Source: the human T2T-CHM13v2.0 reference genome, Homo sapiens. Taken from it: a stretch of DNA of 64,000 nucleotides. Positions 1 to 19,423 of this stretch are shown here, one piece after another. The stretch's first letter is position 1; each line of letters begins with the position of its first letter. The notes beneath the pieces are model-generated. The model saw only the letters and a program-made list of their open reading frames with translations. It was not told the DNA's origin and searched no databases. The position numbers and the translations under genes are program-made. Location of the stretch: assembly GCF_009914755.1 (NCBI RefSeq), contig NC_060928.1; one strand, 5' to 3'.

Positions 1-1066
<1,066 letters not shown>

Positions 1067-1284
1067 GAGAAATGCCAATGTATAAGTAAATATGAGATAT
1101 TGTTCTCACCCTAGAAAAATTTACAATGCAACGTGAGAGGAAAAAAAACCCCAACTTATCCAAGGCAGAATGTTCTAACAGAAGGAGAAAGAAAGTGCCA
1201 CAAGACAAGAAAGGAGATGAGGATTAACTGTACCTGGAGGATGGGGAGGGCTTCGTGGAGGGGGTAGTATTTGAGATGTCTCAG

Positions 1285-1610
1285 TTGGACCCGCACCAAC
1301 TTAACCAGAAGCAGAACTTGCTGCGAGGATTGAGAGCAAGTAGTTTATGCGGGTGGTTCTGCGGTGGAATGGGGGTGATAAGAGAGGGAGGAAGGGAGCC
1401 AACAAGAAATGTCACTCTTAAGCTCCCACAGTGGTTCTGAAGCTTAAATTTAGGGGAGAGCTCGGGCAACAGTGTAAAATACACACCCCAGAATAATTCC
1501 AATCGAGGAGTAAAGCAGCTGGAAATTTACACCCCCACAGTTTTCAGCCATGGGTAAGGCTTACCCCCCATCCCTGGAAGGATGTTCATTTCTAGGCACT
1601 TCCAGCCCAC
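1285..1610 (-). mobile_element. Old ERVL-type LTR fragment (LTR33/LTR16-like)
   Basis: AAGCAGAAC...GATTGAGAGCAAGTAGTTTAT and AGCAGCTGGAAATTTACAC resemble reversed LTR33-type consensus motifs. Confidence 0.45.
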
Positions 1611-2209
1611 AGAAGTATAACTTTCATCCTGAGGAGATCAACTGAAGAAAATATCAGAAATTCAGTTTTATAGAAAACATAAGTGATCTTTAAAAACCTC
1701 AAATATTCGCTTGCCATTTACTGAGTGCCTCCTATTTGCCAAATATACACAGTATAATGATTTAAAGTAGTCAGCTTCTTTAACAAACAGTTCCAAAGTT
1801 TTGCCATCTCACTGGAAACAGTTTAAAGGATACATAGCATAGTGGCGTCTTCATAAGCAAAAGCAATTTAGTCTGTCTTCTGTTAATTATTCCTTATAAT
1901 AGGAAAGAATGTAATATCTGGCAATGTGTTACATCTAATGATTCATGAGAAGACATGACTTTCTAGTGTTTACCTATAATCGCTCTATAAAACAAAATGT
2001 CTGGGGAGAAGAAATTAACAGCAATCTAAATTGTAAATATATGAGTATGATCTAAAAATTGGAGCCATAAAGCATTCCAAACTATGAAGTAACTTTTAAT
2101 ATTACTTTTATTACTTAATGCTTTACACTTCTTGTTAGTCTAATTAGTTTCTACTACCAAAAGTTGCCCATTTGAGTAATTCAAGCAAACAACCCTCTAC
2201 CATGCTATT

Positions 2210-7001
<4,792 letters not shown>

Positions 7002-7554
7002 CATGCTATTTAATCATTGCATTTTAAAAATACATCATTTAACTTTTTTTAACCTCCAAATTCAGAATCTACCTAAAAATTATAACTCACGATCAAAAGA
7101 AGGATTTGTTCTGAAGAAAGGAACAAATGAATTCTAAATAAGTGCCACCTCTGAGTTTCATAAATGCTCAAAATGATAACATATAGATTTTGGTGGGTAC
7201 AAGCTAGTCATTCTCACTATGTAAGTTTACCTACACAAAAGGAGAGATAATACAATCAGATTACAAAGAAGCAAACAACAAAAAGCCAAAAACATCTTTT
7301 ATTTCCTGTTATAACTCTCCTGCTGCTCAGAAGGTTCTAATATTCTTGAGGGGCTACAGAAGAGGTTAGGAATAGTGAAGACATATAGGAGTCAGAAGAA
7401 CAGAGTTCAACTACTTTCCTGACACTGACACTAAGTTGCTACAGTACATACTCATTAAATGAAAACACATATAAAAGCTCATGGCACTGATGGCCTCAGT
7501 TAAATCTCTAAGATTTTGGTTATTTCTCTACTTTGCCTCTAATCAGTACTTTCT

Positions 7555-7722
7555 TGATTTCAAAACCCAGCTCTGTCATTTACTGTTGTGTGATCTTAAG
7601 CAATTTATCATTACATTTCCTCATCTGTAAACCAGTATTAAGATCAATTACTTGTGAGGTTACTGTCAGTAGTAAATGAGATACATATATAGAAGAATTT
7701 GGCACAATGTCTAGCATAAAGC
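7555..7722 (+). mobile_element. MIR
   Basis: Core CCCAGCTCTGTCATTTACT...TTTCCTCATCTGTAAA. Confidence 0.7.
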
Positions 7723-7739
7723 CCTATTCTCCCTTTTGC

Positions 7740-7895
7740 CCCTGTGTTCCTACACTGAGTTTGTTTGTTTCTTTTAGACTGTAAGGTTCCCCAAGGACAG
7801 GGACATGTCTTATTTATTTTCTGAAGCTCTCCAGCACTTAGTACAAAGCTTTGCCCAGAGTAGTTTTGCATTAAATAAGAAAAAAGTGAATAAAC
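7740..7895 (+). mobile_element. L2 3' end
   Basis: TAGACTGTAAGGTTCCCCAAGGACAGGGACATGTCT...CAGCACTTAGTACA. Confidence 0.7.
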
Positions 7896-8059
7896 ATTTG
7901 TTGAAGTTAATTGTGCTTAGGCTGTGGCCCTAAATGAAAATGGAGACACATGCAATGTTTTTGAGCATGAAAAAGATATGGGAAATGGTTTAGGAAGTTT
8001 CTGTGATATATCAGTTTATATGGTAAGTGACTTTGATTCTACATAAACAATATTAAATT

Positions 8060-8530
8060 TTTTGACCGGAAAGTCAAATACACAAAAAAATGAGCTTTGT
8101 GGTCAAACTTGCCATAACATTTATTAATGTGGGCACTTCCTTCGAACTAATCGCTATGGAAGGCCATTCTAATATTTTGCTTTGCTCAGAGCATTTGTTA
8201 GTAACTGTTTTGAGAGTTTGCTTAAAAGTCATATAAGAAAATCAACATAATTATTTTATAGCCAGATTAAAATTTTAAACCCAAAAGTTAACATATAATC
8301 AGCACTCCTCAACTTAGTGATATGCCATAGGTTAAAATGACTATTGATTACTTCCCCCAATCAAATAAAGCATTAAAGTACAAAGATTTCCCAGTCCAAT
8401 GATATACAGAAAAATATGGTATATGAATGACATATATATGCTCTGAAGACAACTTTAAAATTCCAAAAGATATAATGAGCAACAGCAACACTGTCTAATA
8501 AAGAAAGTCTTATAACATGTTTATCTGGAA
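8060..8530 (+). mobile_element. Ancient mariner/Tc1-like DNA transposon relic
   Basis: 8339-8389 translates DY*LLPPIK*SIKVQRF, which resembles the mariner transposase DF-LF--LK--L-G-RF motif. Boundaries are approximate. Confidence 0.4.
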
Positions 8531-8989
8531 TAGGCTCATATTCATCTAGATATTTCTAGATAGATACTTAGCAATATGCTCATCACATTATTTTATAGGA
8601 TGCATATATATGAGGTTTGCATGAACCCTATTACATATATATTCATAACTCTTATACACAAACTGGACAACAAGACAAACCAGGCTCATAGACTACTGTC
8701 CCCCTCAATATCTGCCACCCTTCTGGGTAAATTCAGGGTCAATAAGGAGAAACCATCAATATCTTTATCTCCCATCTCTTTGCCTTCTCCTTTCCCATAA
8801 TTTTCTCTTCTCCTTCACTTTAGTCCCTCATGCTCATAAACCCAATCTAAGCCTTATTTTCACTCCAGATAGCTCAACCTCCAAAATCAGTAATGCAAAC
8901 CTCCTATTTCCTGTTTTCAGCCCCTATTCTTCTAGCTTGCTTGCTCATCTACTTCTGCCTCAAACATTCTTTAGCCTAACTACAGTCTC

Positions 8990-9760
8990 TAGTACCTCCT
9001 TTTGTATTGCTGTTGTATATCCTAGCTTACCTTCAGATCTTCTCATCACCTTCATTACCATCATCCATGCCCAATTTACCATTGTTTTTACCTGGACTAC
9101 TGTAATAAACTCCTAATACATTGCCCTACTTCTGCCTATCCCTTTCAAGAGCCTAGTAATCTTTTTAATACAGAAGTCACAACATAGCACTCTTCTGCTT
9201 AATACTGACTAATAGCTTCACTTAGAGTAAAAGTCAAAGTCCTCAAAATGATCTATGAATAGACACAATCTGCTGATCCCTTGTTTCCTTTGTGGCCTCA
9301 TTTCGTTTCAATTCCATCTTGCTCATGGTAATCCAACTGTACTGGCCTCTCAACTGCTCATCAGACCAGGTATATTCACATCTCAAGACCTTTGTACTGC
9401 TCTTCTCCTTGCCTGGAATACTCTTCTCTCAAGTGTCTTCATGGCTTGCTCCCTTGCTTCCTTCAAGTCTCTACTCAAACGTTTTCTTGTCAATGAAGCA
9501 TTTTAACTGTCCTATTTAAATAAGCAAAGGCCAATCCTCTACTTCTGCCTTTCCCTGCTTTATTTTACTTCACAGAATATATCACCATCTGACATACTAC
9601 ATATTTTCTTTTCTTTTTTATTGGCTGTTGTTTAGTGTATTTCCATGAGAATATAAGAATCATAAGAGCAGAGATTTTCATCTACTGTTCAGTATGCCTA
9701 GAACAATGCTTTGCTCCTAGTAGGCACCGAATAATTATTAACACTTGGATTTAATGAATT
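8990..9760 (+). mobile_element. L2 (L2a-like) 3' region
   Basis: CCTGGACTACTGTAATAAACTCCTAA...TGCCTAGAACAATGC...TAGTAGGCAC...AATGAAT. Confidence 0.8.
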
Positions 9761-11574
9761 CAACGTATAGTCCATGGTCCATTATTTTATCCATACTTTT
9801 CTCACTAAATTTTGTGTATGTAAATATCTGGATGATTAAGTTATTTCTTGAATGGGGCTTCACTAGTGTCTGGATTTAGAACACCTTCTGAAGAGAAAAT
9901 CTAGAATTATCCTGCAGCTGGAGAAATTAGACTGTGGCTGTTAGATGCCTACTGGAAAGATGTGCTTCTCCTAACCCAGTTATTCAGAAATACAGCTGTA
10001 ACCTTTCATTTTGACAAAATAAAAATGTTCCTATGTAAATTCCCTTCTTGAAACCTATAAAAACAAAACTAATGAAAGAGAGAAAAGAAACCTCCAACTT
10101 AAGTGAAGTAAGAGATGGCCATAACTGTGGACCACTGACTGTGAAGACTATTTGCCAAATTCAACAAAATGTAGGCTAAAATGCCAAGGGCCAACATATA
10201 CATTCTCATATTTCTCCAAATGTCACAGGGCTAAGAGGTCTATCCAAAATTTCCTTCACTGGAGTAACTAGATCTAGTCAACATGGCCAAACCATTGCAG
10301 AATCTGGAAAAACTCTGTAGGGACCTAGGTTCACTCCCAAAGAATGGCAGGGAAAGCAAAGTTGAAGGGGAAGTCATACTGACAAAACTTTTCCCCTTAT
10401 TGTTACCTTGGCCTTCAGACAGAGGAAGTCTGTCTTGAAGTGAGGCTGATGAATGTGCTGTAGATGCCATGATCAATTTTGCAGCTACTGACCAGAGTCA
10501 GCTGAACAGAAACAGACATTAGGCTTTGATAGCCTATGACAGAAAAAGACTCCATCTTCCAATACTCTGGTCAAAGTTCTTTATCTAGGTCCAAATACAA
10601 CCGAACATATTTCTCTGGGCCCAAATCTCCGTTTCACATGCAAGAATATATAAGAAACTTCATTCAACACTTTATGACTCTGTTCTCCAAACTGGGATAT
10701 ACAGAGGTATGTCAGTGTTTATGTTTAGTCCTTTTCCCCACTTAAAAGCCTTATATCTAAGTCATTTACATGAGACTTGCCTTATTCCCAACTCATATAT
10801 TTTATGTCCCTGTTACTCTTGGGTCTTTATCATTTACTTTGCGCCCATTTCCTATCTTTATATTCATCCTTCCAAAAACTGAACTCATATGAAAAAATGA
10901 ACAGAAAGATAACTTTTCTTTAATTACCTTCTCATTTTTCTTCTTTTTCAGTATATTAATAGTTTCATTCTGAGATTCTCAATTTCTTTTAAGCCCATCT
11001 ACCTTTTAGTTTCTATCTAATGTTTCTATGATCTTTACAATTTTCAAAAAAGTCTGTTTTCTAAGCATTGTCAATGTTTACATATCTAAATGTGGCTAAC
11101 ATATTCTCCTTTTATTACTATGAACTCTAAAATGGCATTGGCACATCCTTTTGAAATGATTTCCATAACTTCTATTTCATCCTTACTCGTTACGATTAAG
11201 TCCAGAGAATCACACCCCTTGTCACATTCTCTACTTTCTCAAAGAAGAGACTATCAGCGAGATCAGTTAAAAAAAATGCATTAAAATTCTGCTTTGGCAG
11301 AATGACACTTCCAGAGAATATAAATGTAGTTTCTAATCATGACATTTATCTGCCTCTAGGCCGATCTGAAACTTACATTAAAAGAGCACCATTTTATATT
11401 CTTCTTCATCTACCTAAGACATCTGTATTTGGCTCCCACAGAATTATGTCTTATATTATATTCTCATACGATGTTCTCCACCAGCCTTAAACCTAGTCAC
11501 TCAAGGATTTCCAAGCAGGGCACTCTTCCACAGATCTCAACAGGTGTTATTTTACTTGCACAGCAAATAACATC

Positions 11575-11976
11575 TGTGTTAGTCTGTTTGTGTTGCTATA
11601 AAGAAATACTTAAGGCTGGGTAATTTATTTCAAAAAGAGGTTTAATTGACTCACAGTTCAGCAGGCCATACAGAACATCTGCCTCTAATGAGGCCTCAGG
11701 AAGCTCACAATCACGGCAGAAGAAGAAGGGGAGCAGGCATATCACATGGCGAGAGTGGGAGCAAGAGTGAGGGGGGGAAGTGCCACACACTTTTAAACAA
11801 GCAGGTCTCCTGTGAACTCACAGCAAGAACTCACTCATCACCAAGGGGATGGCACTAAGTCATTCACGAAGGATCCGCCCTCATGATCCAAACACCTCCC
11901 ACCAGGCCCCAGCTCCAACACCAGGGACTGCGTTTCAATATGAGATTTGGAGGGGACAAACATCCAAACCATATCA
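11575..11976 (-). mobile_element. MSTB-like MaLR solo LTR, same orientation as FAM13A
   Basis: The minus strand starts TGATATGGTTTGGATGTTTGTCCCCTCC and ends ...CAGACTAACACA. 5-bp TSD ACATC/ACTTC. Confidence 0.9.
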
Positions 11977-13428
11977 ACTTCCCATTGGCATATTCCAGCA
12001 ATTAGCTTTATCTCAGCAAGTTTGCCCTGCCTAAGATTATATTTATCTATTTCCATTATACTTCAGGTTCACCTTATTATTTTATCTGCCCTAGTAAAAA
12101 GGTATGAGTGTTAAAAATTGTTTATAAAAGATTTTTAAAATATTTTATTTTTAATTATCATTATAGGTCCTTTAATAGTTGTACATATTTATGGGGTATA
12201 TGTGATTGAGAGATGCTGCTGAAACAAAGTTAATTACCTTTTAACATTTTAAAAAGAGATCCTTTTCAAAGTACCATAGGCACTAGAGGAACAAACTTGA
12301 GGGCGATTTTTTTCTATTTAAAAAATCATTTAACTTTTCTGAGGCAAAACTGAAGTAATGTTGTTTTCTTATTTTTTCTTGTGAATCACTGACATTTTTT
12401 TCAGCTACCGTGTTATTTCTAACTCAGATTTACAACTGATAGTCTCCAATTATCTCATTTTATCATTTTAACTGAGCAAACTAGAAAATCTAGTTTTAGA
12501 TCCTTTTGTAGGATGCTACTTGATACTCAAACCATTTTAACCTTTCTTCAAAGTCATGGCCTCAACTGGGAGAAGAGATGAAAACATTCCTTTAAGTGCC
12601 CAAACCAAGTGCCTCTGATTTTATCATTCATTGCTATATGAATCAGCAAAGAGTATGTTATGGTCTGTAAACCTGATAAGCTTCAAGAAACCTCCTGAGG
12701 AAATCTCATACCAGCTCCATCATGATTCACCTCAATATAAATGACGACGAAATAAGATAACTTCCTTATTTTCCCACATCTAGGGGATTTGTTTGGATGT
12801 TTACCCTCTGATTCTCAATTCTAGGTCTTTGGAGACCTACAGGCATTTACCTAATATATACAGGGTATATTATAAAATTATCAATGTATAAAAAGATTTA
12901 GATAGTATTGTCAAGGACTCCTTTATAGGTTTTTAAAATATTCTCCTTTACTGATGATTGTTACCAAAAACTAATATATGGGACTTAGAATCTGAGGTTG
13001 GGCTTCAAATTGTGCCAGACACAAAAGAGACAAAAAGACACAGTAATATTGTCTTCAGGAATTTGCAATCTAGTTAGTAACCTAGCACTCCTGATCACAG
13101 CCATATGCACTTATTCCTGCTGTAACATCAGGCTTCTGTAGTAAAGGTGGTGCGGCCAGTTGATCAGAGCACTGGGCTCATGCAAGTGTTTTTGAGATGA
13201 CTTTATAGCAACAAGAAAACATAAAATTGCTATTATTCTTGAATTTTAGAAGGCTATATTTCAATTTAATAAGCATTTGGAATAATAGATTTCATAAGAA
13301 GGATTCACTATACACAGGAATAATAATCTGAGGGTTATATCCATATGGAATTTTTATGAGAAAGAATTAAATAAAATCTTCTGTCCAAAATTATAGCAAT
13401 ACTGAAAATTAAAAACCAAGTTGCTTAC

Positions 13429-13582
13429 TTTTACTATGATAAGCCTAGCCAGGTTTTCACATCTCAGATGATCATTTTCTGTATACTCTACTTCAAACAG
13501 GGTATTGTAATTTTCTAGAATTTTAGCCATTATCTTGTTGCACAGGTCCTGTTCCTTCATGCCTTCAAGCCCAGGTGGCACA
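13429..13582 (-). CDS. FAM13A: FAM13A internal coding exon (154 nt, probably exon 5; C-terminal end of the RhoGAP domain)
   Basis: Translation (H)VPPGLEGMKEQDLCNKIMAKILENYNTLFEVEYTENDHLRCENLARLIIVK matches the recalled FAM13A sequence after ...VFGPNCF. Acceptor is TCCCTTTCTTGTTTCTAG|TG at 13583/13582 and donor is GTAAAA|GTAAGC at 13429/13428. Exon number is from memory. Confidence 0.95.
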
Positions 13583-14029
13583 CTAGAAACAAGAAAGGGA
13601 AAGAGAGGAATTACTTAGTAAACACAACAGTGCCTGCTAGCTGACTCAGACTTGTATTTTGAAATCTCCTGAATAATTAGCCTTATAGGGATGCATGGGA
13701 TTTTCAACAAGCTCTTTGGTAACATGCATGACATTGTTGGGGCAATTGGAGAGTTCCCAAGTTCTGAATCAATAGCTTGGGCTGAATAAGAAAAATATAG
13801 GCTGTTCAGGAAGAAGATAGAGATGAACACTGAGGCCAGTAGTACTTTGAATATATTAAAAATTATTACACATAATAGTTATATAAAAGTAAAAAAAGAA
13901 TGAGGGTTTTCATAACAGAAATAGCCACACAAATAATAGCAACACAATCTTTATTTAAGGCTTTCTTAGATAATGCACAAAAAGTACAAACCTTAAAGGT
14001 AGAAATGAATACTTCTGGGGAAAAATAAT

Positions 14030-14400
14030 GATAATTGTTGAGCTAAGTGATGAGCGCATGGAAGGTCTATTACACTATTCTCTCTTCTTTTGAATGTACT
14101 TAAAATTATTCACAATAAAAATAGTTGAAAATATATCTGAATACAGAATATCCCATAAACAAGGTAAAAAGATAATTTACTGGTAAACTTCTTCAGTAAC
14201 ATGTATAACTGACAAAGATTAGTAGTTACACTATGTAAAGAACTCCTACTAATCAACAGGTAAGTCCAAAAGAAAAAGAGACAAAAGACATGAGTTGGAA
14301 ATGTTGCAGAATAGTTAATAACCTTATGAAAAGATACTTAGCTTCACTGAATAACCAGAGAAATACATTTAAAAAGCACCACTTAGGTCTCATTTACTAC
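14030..14400 (+). mobile_element. Old L1M/L1ME fragments
   Basis: L1ME-like 3' end (..TATTCTCTC..CACAATAAAAA) and ORF2-derived AAAGAACTCCTAC..GACAAAAGACATGA. Confidence 0.6.
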
Positions 14401-14406
14401 TTATCT

Positions 14407-14917
14407 GTATTAATTTTCTGAGGCTGTTGTAACAAATTACCATAAACTAAGTGGCTTAAAACAACAGAAAGTATTGTCTTCCAGTTCTGGAGGCCAAAAG
14501 AACAAAATCAGTATCACTGGGGCAAAATCAAGGTGTCAGCTGGGCTATACTCCCTGTGAAAGCTCTAGGGGAGAAGCTGTTCCTTGCCTCCCCTAGCTTC
14601 TGGTGGCTGCCAGCATTGCTTGATTATAGGTGCATCACATCAATCTTTAACCAGGGCCAGCATCTGCAAATCTCTCTCTGCTCCACCATCACACGGCCTT
14701 CTCTACATGTGCTTAATCTCCCTCTACCCCATTCTTATAAGGATACACGTGATTGCATTTCATGTCCACTCCCCTATCCCTCAAAAATTCAGGATAATCC
14801 TTATATCTCAAGATCCCTACCTTAATCACATCTGCAAAGATTCTGTTTTCCAAATAAGGTAACATTTACGCATTCCAGGGATTATGATATCTTTAGGAGA
14901 TACTATTTAACCTACTA
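14407..14917 (-). mobile_element. MLT1-family LTR
   Basis: TGTATTAATTTTCTGAGGCTGTTGTAACAAATTACCATAAACTAAGTGGCTTAAAACAACA is a reversed MLT1 3' end. Confidence 0.85.
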
Positions 14918-14929
14918 GACTATCTTGGG

Positions 14930-16425
14930 ATACGCACCCTAAGGTCTCCTACACTTGGGTGTAGATAGAACCTGTGACTTGCTTCTGATCAATATGATTT
15001 GGCAAAGGCGATAGGATGTTGCTCCCATGATTATGTTACAATGGATGAAACTCAGAAAACTGAAGTGAGAGATTCTCCCATCGGCCTTAAAGATATAAGC
15101 AGTCAAGTTGTGAGATGGCTGTAAGAGGATCACATGGCAGGGAACTATGGGACTTCAGTGGGGCTACAGCCATAAGAACACAGTAAGATGCTAGGGTCCT
15201 TAGTCATGCAGCTGCAAAGAAATGAACTCTGCCAACAACTTGAATGAGCTTGGAAGCAAATCATTCCCCAAACTCGAGCCTTTAGATAAAAACGCAACCC
15301 AGTTAATACTGTGAATTTGGCACAGTAAGATCAAGAGCAGATGATTCAGTTAAGTTGTGCCCAGATTCCTGACCCCTAGAAATTGTGAGATAGCAAATGT
15401 TTGTTGTTTTAAGCCACTAAATGTGTGGTAATTTGTTACACTACCATACAGAGTTTGGTACCTGGGAAGGGGATGCTGCTGTAACAAATATCTAAAATGT
15501 GGAAGTGGCTTGGGAACTGGGTAGTGGAAGGAGACTGGGCAGCATCATAGAGAAGGCCTAAAATGCCTTGAACCAGTTCTTAACTGACCCCTGGACCTTA
15601 AGGACACCACTGATGAGGGCTCAGAGGGAAATGAGGAATATGTTACTGGAAATTGGAGCAATGGAGACCCTTGTGATGGTGGCAGAAAACTTAGGGAAAT
15701 TGTATCCTATAGTTACTTGAGAAGATCAACCTGTAAGCAATAGCCTTAGCTATACGGTTAACATTATTTGCAAGCAATGGTTTGAAAGTGCCACCTAGTT
15801 TCTTCTTACCACTTACAGTAAAATGCAAGAGGAGAAAGAAAGACATTGGGAGAACTTATACAAAAATGAAAGGGGACATGATTTTAAAAATTTTCAGACT
15901 CTCCAAATAGAAAAGACACTAAAATTAAGAAATTCACTGTCAAGAAAGCAAGCTCTATAGAAAAAGTTGAGGGTGTGACTATATAGACTTTTGCTAAAAC
16001 CTCAGAAAGATCAAAAGCTGGTTTTATGCAGTCAGGCAAAGGTCCCTTTCAAGTGATGAAGGGTGTGCCTCACAGATCCTGTCGATCAAATCAGAGGGCC
16101 TCTAGGAACTGAAAAGCATCATCCCTCAGCCATTGTAGCATGAGATGGAAAAGGGATTATTTTTAAACGATCTGTGGATATGCCTTTCTTATAATGAAGT
16201 GAATCTCTATAAAATCCACAGAAGACTCACAGAGTTTTATTTCAGCAAAAACACTGCCAACGTGGAATCAAAGGGACAGAGAGGATACAAAATGAAAGGA
16301 TGATGTTGGCACCCCCAAATTCTATTGGCAGGAAGCAGGTTGATAAAACTACTCAGCTGCAAACATGAGTAGTTTCATTAAAAATAAATCATGACTTAGA
16401 GGGCAGAACCAAGAATCTAGAGGGC
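14930..16425 (+). mobile_element. MLT1 LTR (to about 15450) plus MLT1 internal sequence, interrupted by the ERV1 provirus
   Basis: LTR end TTTTAAGCCACTAAATGTGTGGTAATTTGTTACA followed by the MaLR-internal start TTTGGTACC...AAAATGTGGAAGTGGCTTGGGAACTGGG. Confidence 0.8.
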
Positions 16426-17621
16426 TATTACATAAAAATCATAGGAGACCATTGTTTTGGACTAAGCACAACAAACCAGATTAAAAATCGAAATGGAGTC
16501 ACCCATGCTAAAATTCCACATCACCAAATCAAAACTAAGTTGTTATCTGACTTTCTAAAATCAGGAAAGAGAGAAAATATCCAACTTCCCAAACAGGAGC
16601 TTCAGTTGGAATGAATAGCGAAGTTTCCTGTTTTAATCCTTAACCTGAAATAACCTAATGTTAACCAAACAGTTATTTTTCTATTGTTGTGTCTCCCAGC
16701 TCCCACCATACAAGGAAAGTAACTTTAAAATGACCGATCCACTTTTTGTTCTTTGCTTCTGCTTTCTTAAGGCCTTTTTCTGTCTATAAAACCAACCTTG
16801 TTTGACTCATTGGGACACTTATTCTACTTAATGGAATGAAGTATTGCATGATTCTAGAACTGCAAATAAAGCCAATTCAGATCTTTAAACTAAATTTGTT
16901 GTAATTTTGTCTTCTGACAGATATGGTGACCAGTGAAGGGACCTGAATGAAGGTTACTGATGTCTCTGAGACTCCTTGAGGAACACAGAAAAGATGCTGC
17001 TAACCTCCCCTTTAAGTGGTGGGGGGTGGGTCCCCTGTCTTCCTCCTGGAGCCCTGAGAATCCTGTGTAAGTTCCTCTCAGGTCTGGGCTCTGCTCTCTT
17101 TTGTAATTGAGTACTCTGATCTCTTTGGCTTTTGGGGTACCAACAGGTAGTTTGTGCTATGGCAGGGCACATAACCTTTGGTTTGCAGTGACTGAAGAGT
17201 CATTGGCAAAAAAAGATGCAGTTTTTAAGGTAACTGCCGTCAGTTGCTCTAAGTGGTTATTACTGCAGGGGGGCTCTTTATTTCTTCTTTTCTTGTGTGC
17301 TGAGATTTCAGTGCCAAAGCCATCTTGGCTCTAAGACCCAAGATCCAACATAAAAATGAGATCCCTAATTTCTAAAGATGTCAGTACTCTGCCTTCTGGT
17401 ACACCTGACTTTCTCATGAATAAAAATTATGGCCACAGAAGCTGCAAAGAATTACAAAAGTGGCAAAATCTTACTAAAGATAATTCAGAATTACAATGGT
17501 CATTATATGAAATATCCTAGATGAAAAAAACTGTTTTCTAAGAGGTGCACTTGAATCCCAAGCCTCTTGAATTAGGCAGAGAGAATGGGATTGTTATTCT
17601 AATTGACATTTAGAAATGTCA

Positions 17622-17954
<333 letters not shown>

Positions 17955-19423
17955 CTAAAATTGCTTTTAAAGAAATGTATTGTGAAGGCTAATAAAAAGC
18001 TAACAATGCAAGATATCACCCATACCAAAGACGGTAAAGCCCACCTGACTCCTACTGCTCCCTTCTTTCCTACCTTGCCTGAATATTCGTAGGCTACTAA
18101 CTCTCCGAATTGCCTATTTTCTTTGAAAAAAATAGTCTCCTTACAAGGTGAAAAATTGAGCTTTGATATCAACAATACACTGATGCAAAACTAGTATTTG
18201 GTTTCCTGTTTTAAAACAAGGTTTTCTTTAGTATTTATCTGCTCTTAGTAAAAAATGGTGAGAACTTCTAGGTAACTGGCCTAGGAAACAAATAATCTGA
18301 GTCTTATCAAAATAATCCCTGTGCCTCATATTTTCCTTCTTAGGTTATTGATTACTTAGGAAAACTTAATCTCGTCTGTACTAAAAGAGTTAAGGTTTTC
18401 TACAATGATATAACTGCTTTTGAAAATCTTACAATTATGACTTTGGTTAAATGAATGACTATTATTCACAGTGATTTGTGATCCTATTATTGATAAGCGT
18501 TTTGAACTTTTATTTTTGACAAACTTCCCAAAATTGAATTCAAAATTAAGTCATTTTGATCACAAACTAACTTTTGAACATTCCAGAAGGGCTCCTTAAA
18601 GTCTCAAAGAGAAATATTAAATCAATTAGGCTTATTTGAGATGTTAAATTATATGTGGAAACACTGTCAAGTAAGAAATGATGTTTAATCTTTGAGTTCC
18701 AATTGTATGGATATGTTATTGATATGTGCTCCAAAAACTATATGAGATTTCTATAAATCTGTTGTGCTATCAGTCATAACTTTCTGTTAAAATGTTGTAC
18801 ACCACAGGAATAACCAAACTTGCTTGTCAATTATATCATTATTATAAAGGATTCTCATCATGGTTCTAACATGGCCATTTTAAATCTTGTCCACAGTTAA
18901 TTGCTTTATTCTGATGCCTTTCTAAAAGCTTTCTGTAAACAACTGTGATCTTAAAGCATGTGTCTTCAAGACGGTTCACAGAAAAGATGGGAGGAACTCT
19001 GGCAAGTTCAGGTTTCTGCTAACCTTGAGATAACACTGGACTGCGTGAGAATTTCTAGAACTCTAATGAAGAAACTGATGAGTTTGTGAAACTACTAACT
19101 AAGCTCAAATAGAGCAAGAATTAATTACATGAGACTAAATGAACTGATGAAGAAGAATTATGAATTTTTAAAGCTTTTAAAAAATTTGAAATATTGCTGG
19201 TTCTTTTAATGCTTTGTTTTTCAGACTGAAGGACACATTTTTTTTCTCTCTCTTTTAAACTATCCATAGTTTACAGCAATTTGGTAAAGGATACTTCTGT
19301 AAACAAAAATGGAAACATTTGTTTCTCCTCCCTACCTGACACCTCTGAAATTCAAAAACTATACTATGTTTTATTTTTACAGCACTATGATTATTTGCAT
19401 AAGTTCAATAAGAATTTGCTCTT

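Noticed and set aside
10240-10476. 78-aa minus-strand ORF as a microprotein or FAM13A coding exon
   Set aside because: It has no recognisable homology and is out of frame with the flanking FAM13A exons. It is kept only as the poison-exon hypothesis.
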